DNA of 64,000 bases from a virus, in the IMG/VR virus record IMGVR_UViG_3300032116_000125, positions 10,257 to 74,256 of that record, one strand, 5' to 3'. Of the stretch, positions 19,373 to 28,243 are shown piece by piece. Below the pieces are notes generated by a model. That model made no database searches. It was not told where the DNA came from and saw nothing but the letters and a program-made list of their open reading frames with translations. The translations under genes and the position numbers were made by a program. Positions within the stretch are counted from its first letter, which is position 1. Every line of letters starts with the position of its first letter.

Positions 19373-20858
19373 TTTTGATTACACGGCAAGAGACTACAGT
19401 AGCGTTCGTGAAGCGCTGTCGGCCCGCGCCTCCCGCTCTATTCCTGAATGGGTGGGGGACGACCCTTCGGACTTTATGTCCACATTGATTGACCTGTGGG
19501 CGTACACCGCTGACACACTTCATTACTACATTGACCGCGCATCCACAGAAGCCTTTTTGGGCACCGCGACCCAGCGCGAGAGCGTCTTGGCTCTGGCTAA
19601 CCTTTATGGCTACACGCCTAATTACCAGCGTTCTGCAACTGCCACGTTAAGCCTGACCAATACGGGGGCATCTTCCGTTACTGTCCCGGCCAACACCAAG
19701 TTCATATCTACAACGGGGCAGTACTTTTACAATGAGGAAGCGCTATCTATCTCCGGTAATAGCACTGGGTCATTGAGTGTGCGCCAAGGCACACTAGTCA
19801 GTAGCGAAAGCCTGACTTCCTCCACCGACTCCACCCGTACCAGTAGCGACGGTACCTTTGGGCAACGGTTCAACATTTATCGTACGAGCGTTGACCCCAC
19901 CACGGTACGAGTGTTTGTCGCTGAGGGCGCTGGGGGCGCAACAAAAGAATGGTCGCGGGTAAACACCCTTGTAAGTTACGGACCAGACGACTCAGTATTC
20001 TCAGTTTATATAGATTCTAACCAAATAGCGCAAGTAGTATTTGGTAATGGATTGAATGGGCGCATTCCACCGATTAACGCGCAAATAACCGCGACGTATG
20101 GGTATTCAGATGGTTCACTGGGGAATGTGGGTAGCAATACGATCACCCGTCTTGCTACGTCGTCACTTCCCACAATAACAACCATTACTAACGTCTCGCC
20201 CGCGGCCGGTGGCTTGGACTTTGAAAGTATTGACAGTATCAAGCGGGCCATTCCGGGTGCACTGCGTACTAGGAGTGGCGCCACCACCCTGTCGGACTTC
20301 AGGGACTTGGCTCTTGCTACGCAGGGTGTATCTAAGGCCACTGTCTCCTACACGGGGTCCTCGTCCAGCGGAGCGTCTATCACCGCCACGGTAGTCCCAG
20401 ATCAGACAGCCTACCTAACTGATGGAGCGGCGTCAGTCAGCATTAGCACCGACTTGCGTGACCGAGTTGCTCGGGAACTTCTAGATAACGCCCTTCTTGG
20501 GGTTACCCTGATTAGCGTTCCCTCTTCCGTAACCTTCACTAAGATTTATGTGTACTTTGATCTGTACGTAAAGTCAAATTACGTACAGTCTGTCGTTGTT
20601 GCGGATGTTAAAAACGCGGTAGAAAACCTTTTTGCGTTTACTTCTGTCTCTTTTGGTCAAGTTGTAAATATCGGAGAGGTTTATCGTACCGCCATGGCTG
20701 TTGCTGGCGTGGATTACTTGATAGTCAAGGGCTTCACAACCACCAGCGGGGGTACGACCACCATTGATAACAGTGGCAAGATTACGGTTGGGGCAACGTC
20801 TTTGCCAAAACTTGGTGTTGTAACCATCACCGCCTCAGGGGGAGTCTCAGCAGTCTAA
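19365..20858 (+). CDS. Baseplate wedge J / T4 gp6-like
   Basis: Motifs DYTARDY, EAFLGTATQRESV, FGNG.NG.IPP, GG.D.ES and TLSDF. Confidence 0.9.
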   Translation: MANFDYTARDYSSVREALSARASRSIPEWVGDDPSDFMSTLIDLWAYTADTLHYYIDRASTEAFLGTATQRESVLALANLYGYTPNYQRSATATLSLTNTGASSVTVPANTKFISTTGQYFYNEEALSISGNSTGSLSVRQGTLVSSESLTSSTDSTRTSSDGTFGQRFNIYRTSVDPTTVRVFVAEGAGGATKEWSRVNTLVSYGPDDSVFSVYIDSNQIAQVVFGNGLNGRIPPINAQITATYGYSDGSLGNVGSNTITRLATSSLPTITTITNVSPAAGGLDFESIDSIKRAIPGALRTRSGATTLSDFRDLALATQGVSKATVSYTGSSSSGASITATVVPDQTAYLTDGAASVSISTDLRDRVARELLDNALLGVTLISVPSSVTFTKIYVYFDLYVKSNYVQSVVVADVKNAVENLFAFTSVSFGQVVNIGEVYRTAMAVAGVDYLIVKGFTTTSGGTTTIDNSGKITVGATSLPKLGVVTITASGGVSAV

Positions 20859-23155
20859 TGGCAAAGAAAGCATTTGTCTTTAAAAGTAATCTAGGTACCA
20901 CCGCCAGTACCTCTGGCTCATTCCTACAGCCGGGGACCGCCAATATCGGCACGGACGATTCATCAGCATTTAAGGCTGATGGGTACACCCTTCCCCCGGT
21001 AACCATCGGTTCAGCATCATTCCTGTCGGCTACCCCGACTAATTACGGAGAAGTGTTAGTGGAGTGGGGCATCACCAGTGCCTTGTCAAGTGTCGTCAGT
21101 GCCACACCTAGCGCCACAGAATTGATTCTTGTTTATTCCGCGTATGGCCCACCCCAAACCTATTTGGATGGGCAGGTGCTTGTCACGATTACAAACGCAA
21201 ACACAGTTTCTTCATTTACCCATGATGGGCTCGCTGGTGGTACATGGGCGTACTACTCGCTGTTTGTTAAGTACCAAGCAACCGGCACGCGCTCATGGTA
21301 CGAGCGCTTAGCCTCAACAGAGACGTTGGTAGTTAAAAATTACAATTCATTAGCGTCCCTGTATCGCCGTGTTCCACTGCATTACCGCCTGTTGGATGAC
21401 CAACTTGGTCTTACCAATATCAACAGTGAGCACATCTCGGTCCTCCCTACCGACCTCGTTGTGTCAGGACCACTGCGGCGCATGCTGGATGTGTTTGGTT
21501 GGGATATTGACGTTTTAAAGACAACTATTGACTACGTAATTAGGCAGAAAGACCCGTACGTTGCGAACAGTGAAATGTTGGAGCAACTGGCTAAGGAAGT
21601 CGGTCTGCCGATTGAAACTGTGGACCTTGGCCCAGCCCGCCTTCGGGATTTGATTTCCAACTTTAGGTATTTGACAGAAAACGAGGGGCTGATCACAGGT
21701 ATTGAGGAATATATAACGGCTTTGGCAGGTAGTGACACAGAAATAAAATTTAGTAACCCGGATTTGTTTACTGCTACGCAACACGCTATCTCCAGCCTTG
21801 CTACAACGACTTCCCCAACTCAGGTACCCACGACGGATCAGTGGCTCATGGAAGTGCAAGACCTTGGTGGCGGGGCATCGTCTCAAGCAGTTGCCGCCTC
21901 TTCTACCTATTACGGTAAAGCACTATGCGAGAATAACACGGCTGTACGCATTACGTCTGGCGCCGCATCGGTCAACACCGGCGTGTACGTAGGATGTTTG
22001 AAAACAAAGATAACGAATGTTAGCCAAGCCAGCCGTTTGTACATGGAGTACGGGGCTGTTTACGGAGCAACACCCAGTAACGGCGCAAGTGTTATTGGCG
22101 CGGCTGTACTGAGTAGCGTGACCGCGGCTTCGGCAGTGTCATACAGCCTCACCACGGGGGCAAGCACATCATTGGAGGGGTTCGTGTCCTCAGTAACGGA
22201 CGGGCAAGCAAATGCGTGGTCAGTGCCTGTTGACTTTGGGGTTGTGGGTAACGGCTCAACAACGACCTCAGATATGTACTTACATATTTGGGTTGCGTCT
22301 AGATACAACAACAACCCTTTGCATTTTGTTCCAATTGTGTTGAAGACACAAAATAGGTACCCCTACTACATTGACGTTTATTCCCAGCGTCTTAACCTTG
22401 TGCGCGACCCGCAGTTTGTTAACGGGATAAGCACTTTGTCAGAGAGCAGTAACACCACTTCTTACTGGAGAGTCGCGGGGTCCTCTATTACAGGGACATC
22501 CGTAGCCGACAAGGTTGCAACGATAAGCACCAGCGCGTCGTCTACGCTAACTCTGAGTACAGACGTAACGCACACCACTAACGGTAAGAGGTATACGCCA
22601 CTAAAGCGGGGCGTGGAGTACTACTTTTCTATAGATGATATAAACGACAATATTTCGGCTGTTCAAGTGCGTCTTGACAACGCAGAAATAACGCTCGTTA
22701 CGCAGTCCACCGTGTACAGGAGTGAAAACCTGTCTAGCGGAGGTAAACGAAAGTACTGGCAGATTGTAATCCCGAGCACGGCTAACACCTATCCGGAATC
22801 GGCCAACGTGTACCACATTGCCTTGACCGCCAATGTCTCTGCATCCAACCTGTCCCTGAAGGTGTCACGCCCTCTTCTTGAGCCGTATGCCCCGGGGGCG
22901 TACTTTGATGGCGACACGGAGCAGGGTGGTTGGCTCGGCGTAGGTAGTGGTGGCGGTGGCGCCAACGCCGACCACCGCTGGGGTGACAGTTCACAGCACT
23001 CTAATTTCTCTTATTACACCTCTGACTACCGCCGAACGGTTGAGACTGTGAAGAGGCTCATGGAATATATCGTTCCGGTAACAGAGCAAACTACTGCCCT
23101 AACCAATTTGAGGTTTGACCGCATACCCGGGTATTCGGGTACGCTGTCTCTATGA
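20858..23155 (+). CDS. Baseplate / tail protein (GpI-like segment plus S/T-rich carbohydrate-binding-like regions)
   Basis: Follows baseplate J; LEQLAKEVG helical segment; RLNLVRDPQF and YFDGD motifs. Confidence 0.65.
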   Translation: MAKKAFVFKSNLGTTASTSGSFLQPGTANIGTDDSSAFKADGYTLPPVTIGSASFLSATPTNYGEVLVEWGITSALSSVVSATPSATELILVYSAYGPPQTYLDGQVLVTITNANTVSSFTHDGLAGGTWAYYSLFVKYQATGTRSWYERLASTETLVVKNYNSLASLYRRVPLHYRLLDDQLGLTNINSEHISVLPTDLVVSGPLRRMLDVFGWDIDVLKTTIDYVIRQKDPYVANSEMLEQLAKEVGLPIETVDLGPARLRDLISNFRYLTENEGLITGIEEYITALAGSDTEIKFSNPDLFTATQHAISSLATTTSPTQVPTTDQWLMEVQDLGGGASSQAVAASSTYYGKALCENNTAVRITSGAASVNTGVYVGCLKTKITNVSQASRLYMEYGAVYGATPSNGASVIGAAVLSSVTAASAVSYSLTTGASTSLEGFVSSVTDGQANAWSVPVDFGVVGNGSTTTSDMYLHIWVASRYNNNPLHFVPIVLKTQNRYPYYIDVYSQRLNLVRDPQFVNGISTLSESSNTTSYWRVAGSSITGTSVADKVATISTSASSTLTLSTDVTHTTNGKRYTPLKRGVEYYFSIDDINDNISAVQVRLDNAEITLVTQSTVYRSENLSSGGKRKYWQIVIPSTANTYPESANVYHIALTANVSASNLSLKVSRPLLEPYAPGAYFDGDTEQGGWLGVGSGGGGANADHRWGDSSQHSNFSYYTSDYRRTVETVKRLMEYIVPVTEQTTALTNLRFDRIPGYSGTLSL

Positions 23156-23403
23156 TCATTATTGGTGGCCTAGCGGTTTACAAAGCCATACATGTTTTAA
23201 CCACGCTCATTCCAAAGGAGTTGAGTGCGTGGGTTACCGTCCTCGTCGGCGTCGTTCTTGGCATTGGTGCGTCGTGGTGGCTATCCGAAAACAATGTATT
23301 GCTTTCAGGATTGGCGATGGCTACAATCGCCGGTGCCACCCAGTCGGTGTTGCGACTGGTCACCCTTACTGGTGATCTGTCCCTGCGCCGGTCGCTCAAA
23401 TAG
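23152..23403 (+). CDS. Small membrane protein (holin-like candidate)
   Basis: Two to three hydrophobic segments in 83 aa. Confidence 0.5.
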   Translation: MIIIGGLAVYKAIHVLTTLIPKELSAWVTVLVGVVLGIGASWWLSENNVLLSGLAMATIAGATQSVLRLVTLTGDLSLRRSLK

Positions 23404-23412
23404 GAGAACAAA

Positions 23413-24207
23413 ATGCCCAAAGCCAGCCGAGGTGTTATTGGCGTTATCGGCAACGGTCGCGCCACCGCCAACATCATTGAAGACAGCCTGAACGAGTTCG
23501 TTGACAACAACGACTTCGTTCTCCCGTGGTACGGCGGGAAGCCCAGCGACAGCATGGACCGTGTGTACACCGCCATCATTGACTTTGACCACCCGTACCA
23601 CATCGTCGGGAACGGCGCCCCCAAGTCGCTGGTCAAAACAGCGCTGGAGCACCATCAGTCAGAAGACCCGATGGACGCCACCGTACGGGCAACCCATGAC
23701 CTTGGTGGCGACACCATCCTCGTGTTGTGGGATGACGAGGTAGCCACGGAGAGCGCCATCCTGCAAGCGCACGCATACGGTATGCGCCTGCTTGATCTGA
23801 CCAACGCCCTCGCCCCGATTGATGTGGTTGACCCTGAGACCCCGGCGCCTGCTCCGGAAGCACCCGAAGAGGATGCCCCGGAGGATAAGGAGATTGACAA
23901 GTTCTCCGAGGATGAGTTGCGTACGCAACCGATTGCGGCTCTTCGCCGTCAGGTCAAACTCTTGGGCTTGGACTACGAGAGGTCAGCCACGAAGGAAGAG
24001 TTGATCAGCGCACTCTTGGGGGGCCTGCAAGACGTTGGTCTTAAGCAGGAAGCCCCCCAAGAGGTTGCTAAGGCGTTCCCCATTCCGAAGAGCGGGTGCC
24101 TCGCTTTGTCATGGGATGACAAAGTGGAAACCATCACGATCAGCGCCGAGACGGTTGGGGCAGTTCAGGAAATGTTCAACGGTCTGAAGAAACTTCTTCA
24201 GGGTTAA
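23413..24207 (+). CDS. Hypothetical protein: N-terminal alpha/beta domain plus Rho-N/HEH-like motif
   Basis: VIGVIGNG at the N-terminus; LRRQVKLLGL..ATKEELISAL near the C-terminus. Confidence 0.6.
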   Translation: MPKASRGVIGVIGNGRATANIIEDSLNEFVDNNDFVLPWYGGKPSDSMDRVYTAIIDFDHPYHIVGNGAPKSLVKTALEHHQSEDPMDATVRATHDLGGDTILVLWDDEVATESAILQAHAYGMRLLDLTNALAPIDVVDPETPAPAPEAPEEDAPEDKEIDKFSEDELRTQPIAALRRQVKLLGLDYERSATKEELISALLGGLQDVGLKQEAPQEVAKAFPIPKSGCLALSWDDKVETITISAETVGAVQEMFNGLKKLLQG

Positions 24208-24215
24208 GAACTACT

Positions 24216-24344
24216 TCACTTCTTCTTCTTGGGAGCGGCCTTCTTGGCCGCGGCCTTCTTGGCCGCGGCCTTCTTCTTAGCCGGTCCCTTGCCGTAGCCG
24301 GGGTCCTTCTTATTGCTGATTCCACATCCGCATTCCTTGCACAT
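24216..24344 (-). CDS. 42-aa histone H1-like Lys/Ala peptide (MCKECGCG...AKKKAAAKKAAAKKAAPKKKK); not in ORF track
   Basis: Translated by hand; coupled to the upstream gene. Confidence 0.7.
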   Translation of the reverse strand: MCKECGCGISNKKDPGYGKGPAKKKAAAKKAAAKKAAPKKKK

Positions 24345-24346
24345 TG

Positions 24347-24592
24347 TCATTCCCCCTTTCGGTGCTTCGCAGTTTTCTTGGCGATGCTTTTTGGTTGCTT
24401 GACAAATTGCTTGCCCTCGGCGTTGCCCTTGGCCTTGGCACGATTCGTAGACGCCTTTTCAGAAGGGGTCAACTCATCCCACGCCTTGTCCGGTAGGTAA
24501 CGCTTCTTGCCCTTGGACGGCTTTCCATCAGAGGTGCGCCACTTCTGGTCCGTCCATTCATCAAGGGACTTCTGCGACTCTTTCTTAGCCAT
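24347..24592 (-). CDS. DUF5872-like protein, C-terminal half
   Basis: QKSL.EWT.QKW, RYLPDKAW and GKQFV motifs. Confidence 0.7.
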   Translation of the reverse strand: MAKKESQKSLDEWTDQKWRTSDGKPSKGKKRYLPDKAWDELTPSEKASTNRAKAKGNAEGKQFVKQPKSIAKKTAKHRKGE

Positions 24593-24786
24593 CAGTCCTT
24601 GTAACCCCCGCCCTTCTTCTTGTACTCAGACGCAAGAAGTTGGGCTTTACGGGCAGACCACTCGCCGGGATCGCCACCCTTTGAACCGGCCTTGATCTTC
24701 TTAAACAGTTCCTCACGCATACCCGGCTTGGTGTAATTACCGGCTTCGTTGACCTTAGATTCGGTCTTCTTTTTCTTAGCGGCCAT
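24592..24786 (-). CDS. DUF5872-like protein, N-terminal half
   Basis: YTKP..RE, KGG.PGEWSARKAQLLA.EYKKKGGGY. Confidence 0.75.
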   Translation of the reverse strand: MAAKKKKTESKVNEAGNYTKPGMREELFKKIKAGSKGGDPGEWSARKAQLLASEYKKKGGGYKD

Positions 24787-24788
24787 GG

Positions 24789-25052
24789 TTACTTTTTTCC
24801 TCTATTCCGTGCACGATTCTTAGATGGTTCCTCTGCCACGATTCCACCATCTTTGGTATGGGACATATCCTTACCACCCTTGCCCATAACCCCACGCTTA
24901 CGGCGCTCTTCAGCAAGTTCACGACGCTTCTCCTTCTCTTCGGGCTTAGCGTTGTACTCCTTGTTGTAGGCGTCCTTCTTCTTACGGGCCTCCGGGTTAT
25001 CCCGGTAATACTGCGCGGTTTCTTTGGGACTACTGGTCTTGCGAGGAGCCAT
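24789..25052 (-). CDS. Basic protein with degenerate HNH-like C-terminus
   Basis: GKDMSH...SKNRARN; K/R-rich. Confidence 0.6.
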   Translation of the reverse strand: MAPRKTSSPKETAQYYRDNPEARKKKDAYNKEYNAKPEEKEKRRELAEERRKRGVMGKGGKDMSHTKDGGIVAEEPSKNRARNRGKK

Positions 25053-25345
25053 TACCACTTCACCTTGTCAGCCCAGTAAGCGGCTGACATCTTGCCTTTG
25101 GCAATGTTCTTGGCATGGCGGGACTTAAAGGAAGCACGCTTGTCCTTCATGCGCTCGGACTCCCCCGCCTTGGGCTTACCAGCGGTCTCAGCACCCTGCT
25201 CGCCAAAGCGAATCGTCTTGACCTGATCGCCCACCTTGGCGACAACAATGTGCGACTTGGTCGGGTGGTCCGGCGTTGCCTTCGGCTTGTTGTAACCCGA
25301 GACACCGGCTCGCGCCAATCGGGGGTCTTTCTTACTCTCAGCCAT
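25052..25345 (-). CDS. Basic conserved phage protein (GYNKPK..IRFG..SFKSRH..SAAYWA)
   Basis: GAGG RBS; recognisable phage small-protein pattern. Confidence 0.7.
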   Translation of the reverse strand: MAESKKDPRLARAGVSGYNKPKATPDHPTKSHIVVAKVGDQVKTIRFGEQGAETAGKPKAGESERMKDKRASFKSRHAKNIAKGKMSAAYWADKVKW

Positions 25346-25352
25346 GATTACC

Positions 25353-25796
25353 TCACTTCGTTGATGCGCGGAGTTGCCACGACCACTTCATGTGCATGTC
25401 AATCCGCTCTGAAATAAAATTAAGAATACCCTGCTGATTTTCTTTCTCAGCATCCTTAAATGTAACATACAACTGCTTGATAAGTGCCTCATTGGCCGTC
25501 AGCAGTGCCCCGGCCATAGCCTTGGGGGTGGGGGAGACATCTTTAAAAGCGATGGTACGCATCTCAATAAACTTTTGTAGATTGAAGGGGGCGTACTCAT
25601 CCAATTTGCGGAGGTTTTCAGCAATCGGGTCAATAGAGCCGTAGGCGTCCTCGTAGATGTCTGCAAAGAGGCCGTGGTACTGGCTGAAGTCCTGACCCTC
25701 TACGTTCCAGTGAAACCCATGGGCCATGAAGTAGAAGGTGACAACGTCTGAGAGAAGGGCTTTGAGGGACTTCGTAAGTCCGGTGCTGGATGCCAT
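25353..25796 (-). CDS. dps: Dps DNA-binding ferritin-like protein
   Basis: Ferroxidase motifs HGFHWNVEG.DF..YH, D.IAE and HMKW.WQL; AAGGAG RBS before ATG 25796. Confidence 0.93.
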   Translation of the reverse strand: MASSTGLTKSLKALLSDVVTFYFMAHGFHWNVEGQDFSQYHGLFADIYEDAYGSIDPIAENLRKLDEYAPFNLQKFIEMRTIAFKDVSPTPKAMAGALLTANEALIKQLYVTFKDAEKENQQGILNFISERIDMHMKWSWQLRASTK

Positions 25797-25996
25797 GTGG
25801 TCTCCTTGAAAACAGGGCTGGGGCGCTTCAGTAACTCTACACCAAAGCGCCCCAGCCTGTTTAACCACCACCGGTAAACCGGGCACCGAGGAGAACCACC
25901 AACTCGGTCTCCGAAGATTAGCCTCAACAAACCGTGTATGCAACACTTGGCGACGGGTTTGTGTGTATAGTCTCCGGCACACCAAGGAGACCACCG

Positions 25997-27214
25997 TTGA
26001 GCAACAAGATTCAGGGGCCTTTTGCTCCGATGCCCATATGGGCATTTGACCTGATCAGCAGGCGTGGGACGCCAACCCATACCCACATCTTGATGACCAT
26101 CTTGCGGTTGACCCCACTCACGGGGCCCAAGCCCCTGACCGTCTCGGACATCGCCCAGTCCTCGGGCATGTCTCCGGAGACCGTCAAGCGCTCCCTTCGG
26201 TGGCTGGAATCAGCCGGGATCACCACCTCCACACGGCTCTCTGGTAACCGTGGGAAGCACATCGTGGTGCGGTTCCGTGCCCCCAAGAGGGGGGTCACCA
26301 GTGACCCCACCCTACCCCAAGGGGGGGTCACCCATGACCCATCAGGGGGGTCACCCATGACCCCACCCCGAGCCCCTGAGCAGGGCGAATTCCATAGTAG
26401 AGATAGTATTAGAGACGTAGTACAAAGGGAAATGTCTAAAGACATTTCCCTTTGTGGGCTTCGCCCGTTTTACGAAGGAGATGAATCCATGCCTATTTTT
26501 GGCGCCGATCCCGATGACACTAGAGAATGGGACGAGACCCCCGCTTTGGAGAAGTTGTCGCACGACACGACCGATGTGCTCCAACACTTCAACTTCGTGG
26601 CGCGTCAGGTTGGGGCCACCCCCGTGGCTGTAAAGGACCGCCCCGCCTTCAGGATTCAGATCAAGCGCCTCCTGAAAAACGGAGTGACCCCCGCCGACCT
26701 CCAGCGCATGGTTGACAAGTTCTTCACTTTCTCCCGGAACGTAGAGTCCAGCACTCCGTGGAAGTACTTCTGCACCAACAGCGTCCAAGCGTCCCTCTTG
26801 GCAAGCACCACGGAGATCGTCGCCGTCAGCCCGATTCTCGGATGGGTTGCCGATGAGTTTGAGTACACCGATGTGCTTCCATGGGATGAGGAGATCAACT
26901 CCCGGATTCGGAAACTCATTTGGCGCCGAGCCATGGACTTGGCGTACACCTACCCCGAACTTCTCGCTGACATCGTGGTCATCCCCGCCTACGACGCCTC
27001 GGCGCAACCCGATGGCACAGAGCACCTTTCCATGCTCCTGTTGTGCGCGAGCACCTTGCTGAGTGAGCCCGGAGACGACTCAGCGGTGGAGTACTTGACC
27101 GCCCACGGCGTGAATGCCCCCACGGACCTTGCGGAGCGTGGTACTCTCCGCAAACCCACCGCCTCGCTACGCCAAGCCGTAGCGCACTACCAGCAACTCA
27201 GGAGAACCCAGTGA
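25997..27214 (+). CDS. Replication initiator-like protein with N-terminal winged HTH
   Basis: TTG start after AAGGAG; TVSDIAQSSGMSPETVKRSLRWLESAG; internal iterons; upstream of the DnaC-like gene. Confidence 0.7.
   Translation: MSNKIQGPFAPMPIWAFDLISRRGTPTHTHILMTILRLTPLTGPKPLTVSDIAQSSGMSPETVKRSLRWLESAGITTSTRLSGNRGKHIVVRFRAPKRGVTSDPTLPQGGVTHDPSGGSPMTPPRAPEQGEFHSRDSIRDVVQREMSKDISLCGLRPFYEGDESMPIFGADPDDTREWDETPALEKLSHDTTDVLQHFNFVARQVGATPVAVKDRPAFRIQIKRLLKNGVTPADLQRMVDKFFTFSRNVESSTPWKYFCTNSVQASLLASTTEIVAVSPILGWVADEFEYTDVLPWDEEINSRIRKLIWRRAMDLAYTYPELLADIVVIPAYDASAQPDGTEHLSMLLLCASTLLSEPGDDSAVEYLTAHGVNAPTDLAERGTLRKPTASLRQAVAHYQQLRRTQ
26291..26455 (+). repeat. Putative replication origin: three GGGGTCA-N4-TGACCC(C) iterons plus a perfect 16-bp inverted repeat
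   Basis: Iterons at 26291, 26324 and 26347; ACAAAGGGAAATGTCT-AA-AGACATTTCCCTTTGT at 26422-26455. Confidence 0.7.
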
Positions 27215-27807
27215 CCGTAGGAGCACCGCCCACCGAATGGAAGTCAGCGCGTTGGTGGCAGAACCGCTCCGTAGAAGAACGCTTGACATGGGCGCACCTG
27301 CCACCGCGATGGGCGAGCGCCGAATACGACACCGATCAAATTTCCAACGCGACAGCGAACAGCATTGACTCTTTCCTCACCGGCAAGAGCAACGGTCTGT
27401 TTCTCCATGGGCCGAGTGGTTCAGGCAAGACTCCCATCGCTGTCGGCCTTCTCAACAAGATCATCTGCGCCGACAAAGTGTCAGGGCGGTTCATCACTGC
27501 CGAGCGTTACGTTGAGATGCTCAAAGACCAGTTTGACAACGACAACGAGTTGCCCGAGATGTACTCCATGCCTCACATCGTCAAGTACCTCAAAGGGGTG
27601 TTTGACATCGTGGTGCTGGACGCCGTGGGTCAGGAGCGTGCTACCGAGTTCTCGTACCACGAGGTCGGAAGCCTGTTGCGCCGTCGCAACGAAGATTGCC
27701 GTATCACCATTGTCACCACACACCTTTCTCCCACTGAGTTCATTCGCCGGTATGGAGACCGCGTGGCGTCTGTTCTTGAAGACATGATCATCACCCGGGT
27801 GGCGTGA
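27211..27807 (+). CDS. DnaC/IstB-like AAA+ helicase loader
   Basis: GLFLHGPSGSGKT; VVLDAVGQE; TIVTTHL; YGDRVAS. Confidence 0.85.
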   Translation: MTVGAPPTEWKSARWWQNRSVEERLTWAHLPPRWASAEYDTDQISNATANSIDSFLTGKSNGLFLHGPSGSGKTPIAVGLLNKIICADKVSGRFITAERYVEMLKDQFDNDNELPEMYSMPHIVKYLKGVFDIVVLDAVGQERATEFSYHEVGSLLRRRNEDCRITIVTTHLSPTEFIRRYGDRVASVLEDMIITRVA

Positions 27808-28241
27808 TGGAAGGCAACGATCTCGCTGAATTCGCACCGCTACAGCAAGGCGTCATTTTTGAAGGCGTGCTTGCCAACCCGCCTGAGGGTTTGAAGTCGT
27901 GGCGCACACGCATCGCACAACGCACGGGTGATTGGAAGACTGTCATCAACGCTATGACTCCAAGCGAGTTGCCTTTGAAGTCTCTCGCTGATTCGGTCAA
28001 TCGCCGCGGTATTGGCACCATCGTGTACACGTTCATGCCTCCCGATGCCATTGATGCAATTGAACGCTGGCTGATTCGCAAAGGCATCTCCACGCCGGTT
28101 GAGTCATACACCGACATTGAGGCGCTTGCCGATGATCTGCGCTACAACAGAAGCGTTCGTGTTATCTATGTCCCGACGCAAGAAGAGCAGGCGGTACTTG
28201 GCATTCGTGCTACAGTGCTCGGCTCTGAAAGGGCATGGTAA
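27804..28241 (+). CDS. Hypothetical protein (possibly degenerate HAD-like)
   Basis: Coupled within the replication operon. Confidence 0.6.
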   Translation: MMEGNDLAEFAPLQQGVIFEGVLANPPEGLKSWRTRIAQRTGDWKTVINAMTPSELPLKSLADSVNRRGIGTIVYTFMPPDAIDAIERWLIRKGISTPVESYTDIEALADDLRYNRSVRVIYVPTQEEQAVLGIRATVLGSERAW

Positions 28242-28243
28242 TC

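Noticed and set aside
25797-26045. N-terminal extension of Dps in the ORF track (230 aa)
   Set aside because: The RBS and family length support a start at 25796; the extension overlaps the divergent initiator gene.
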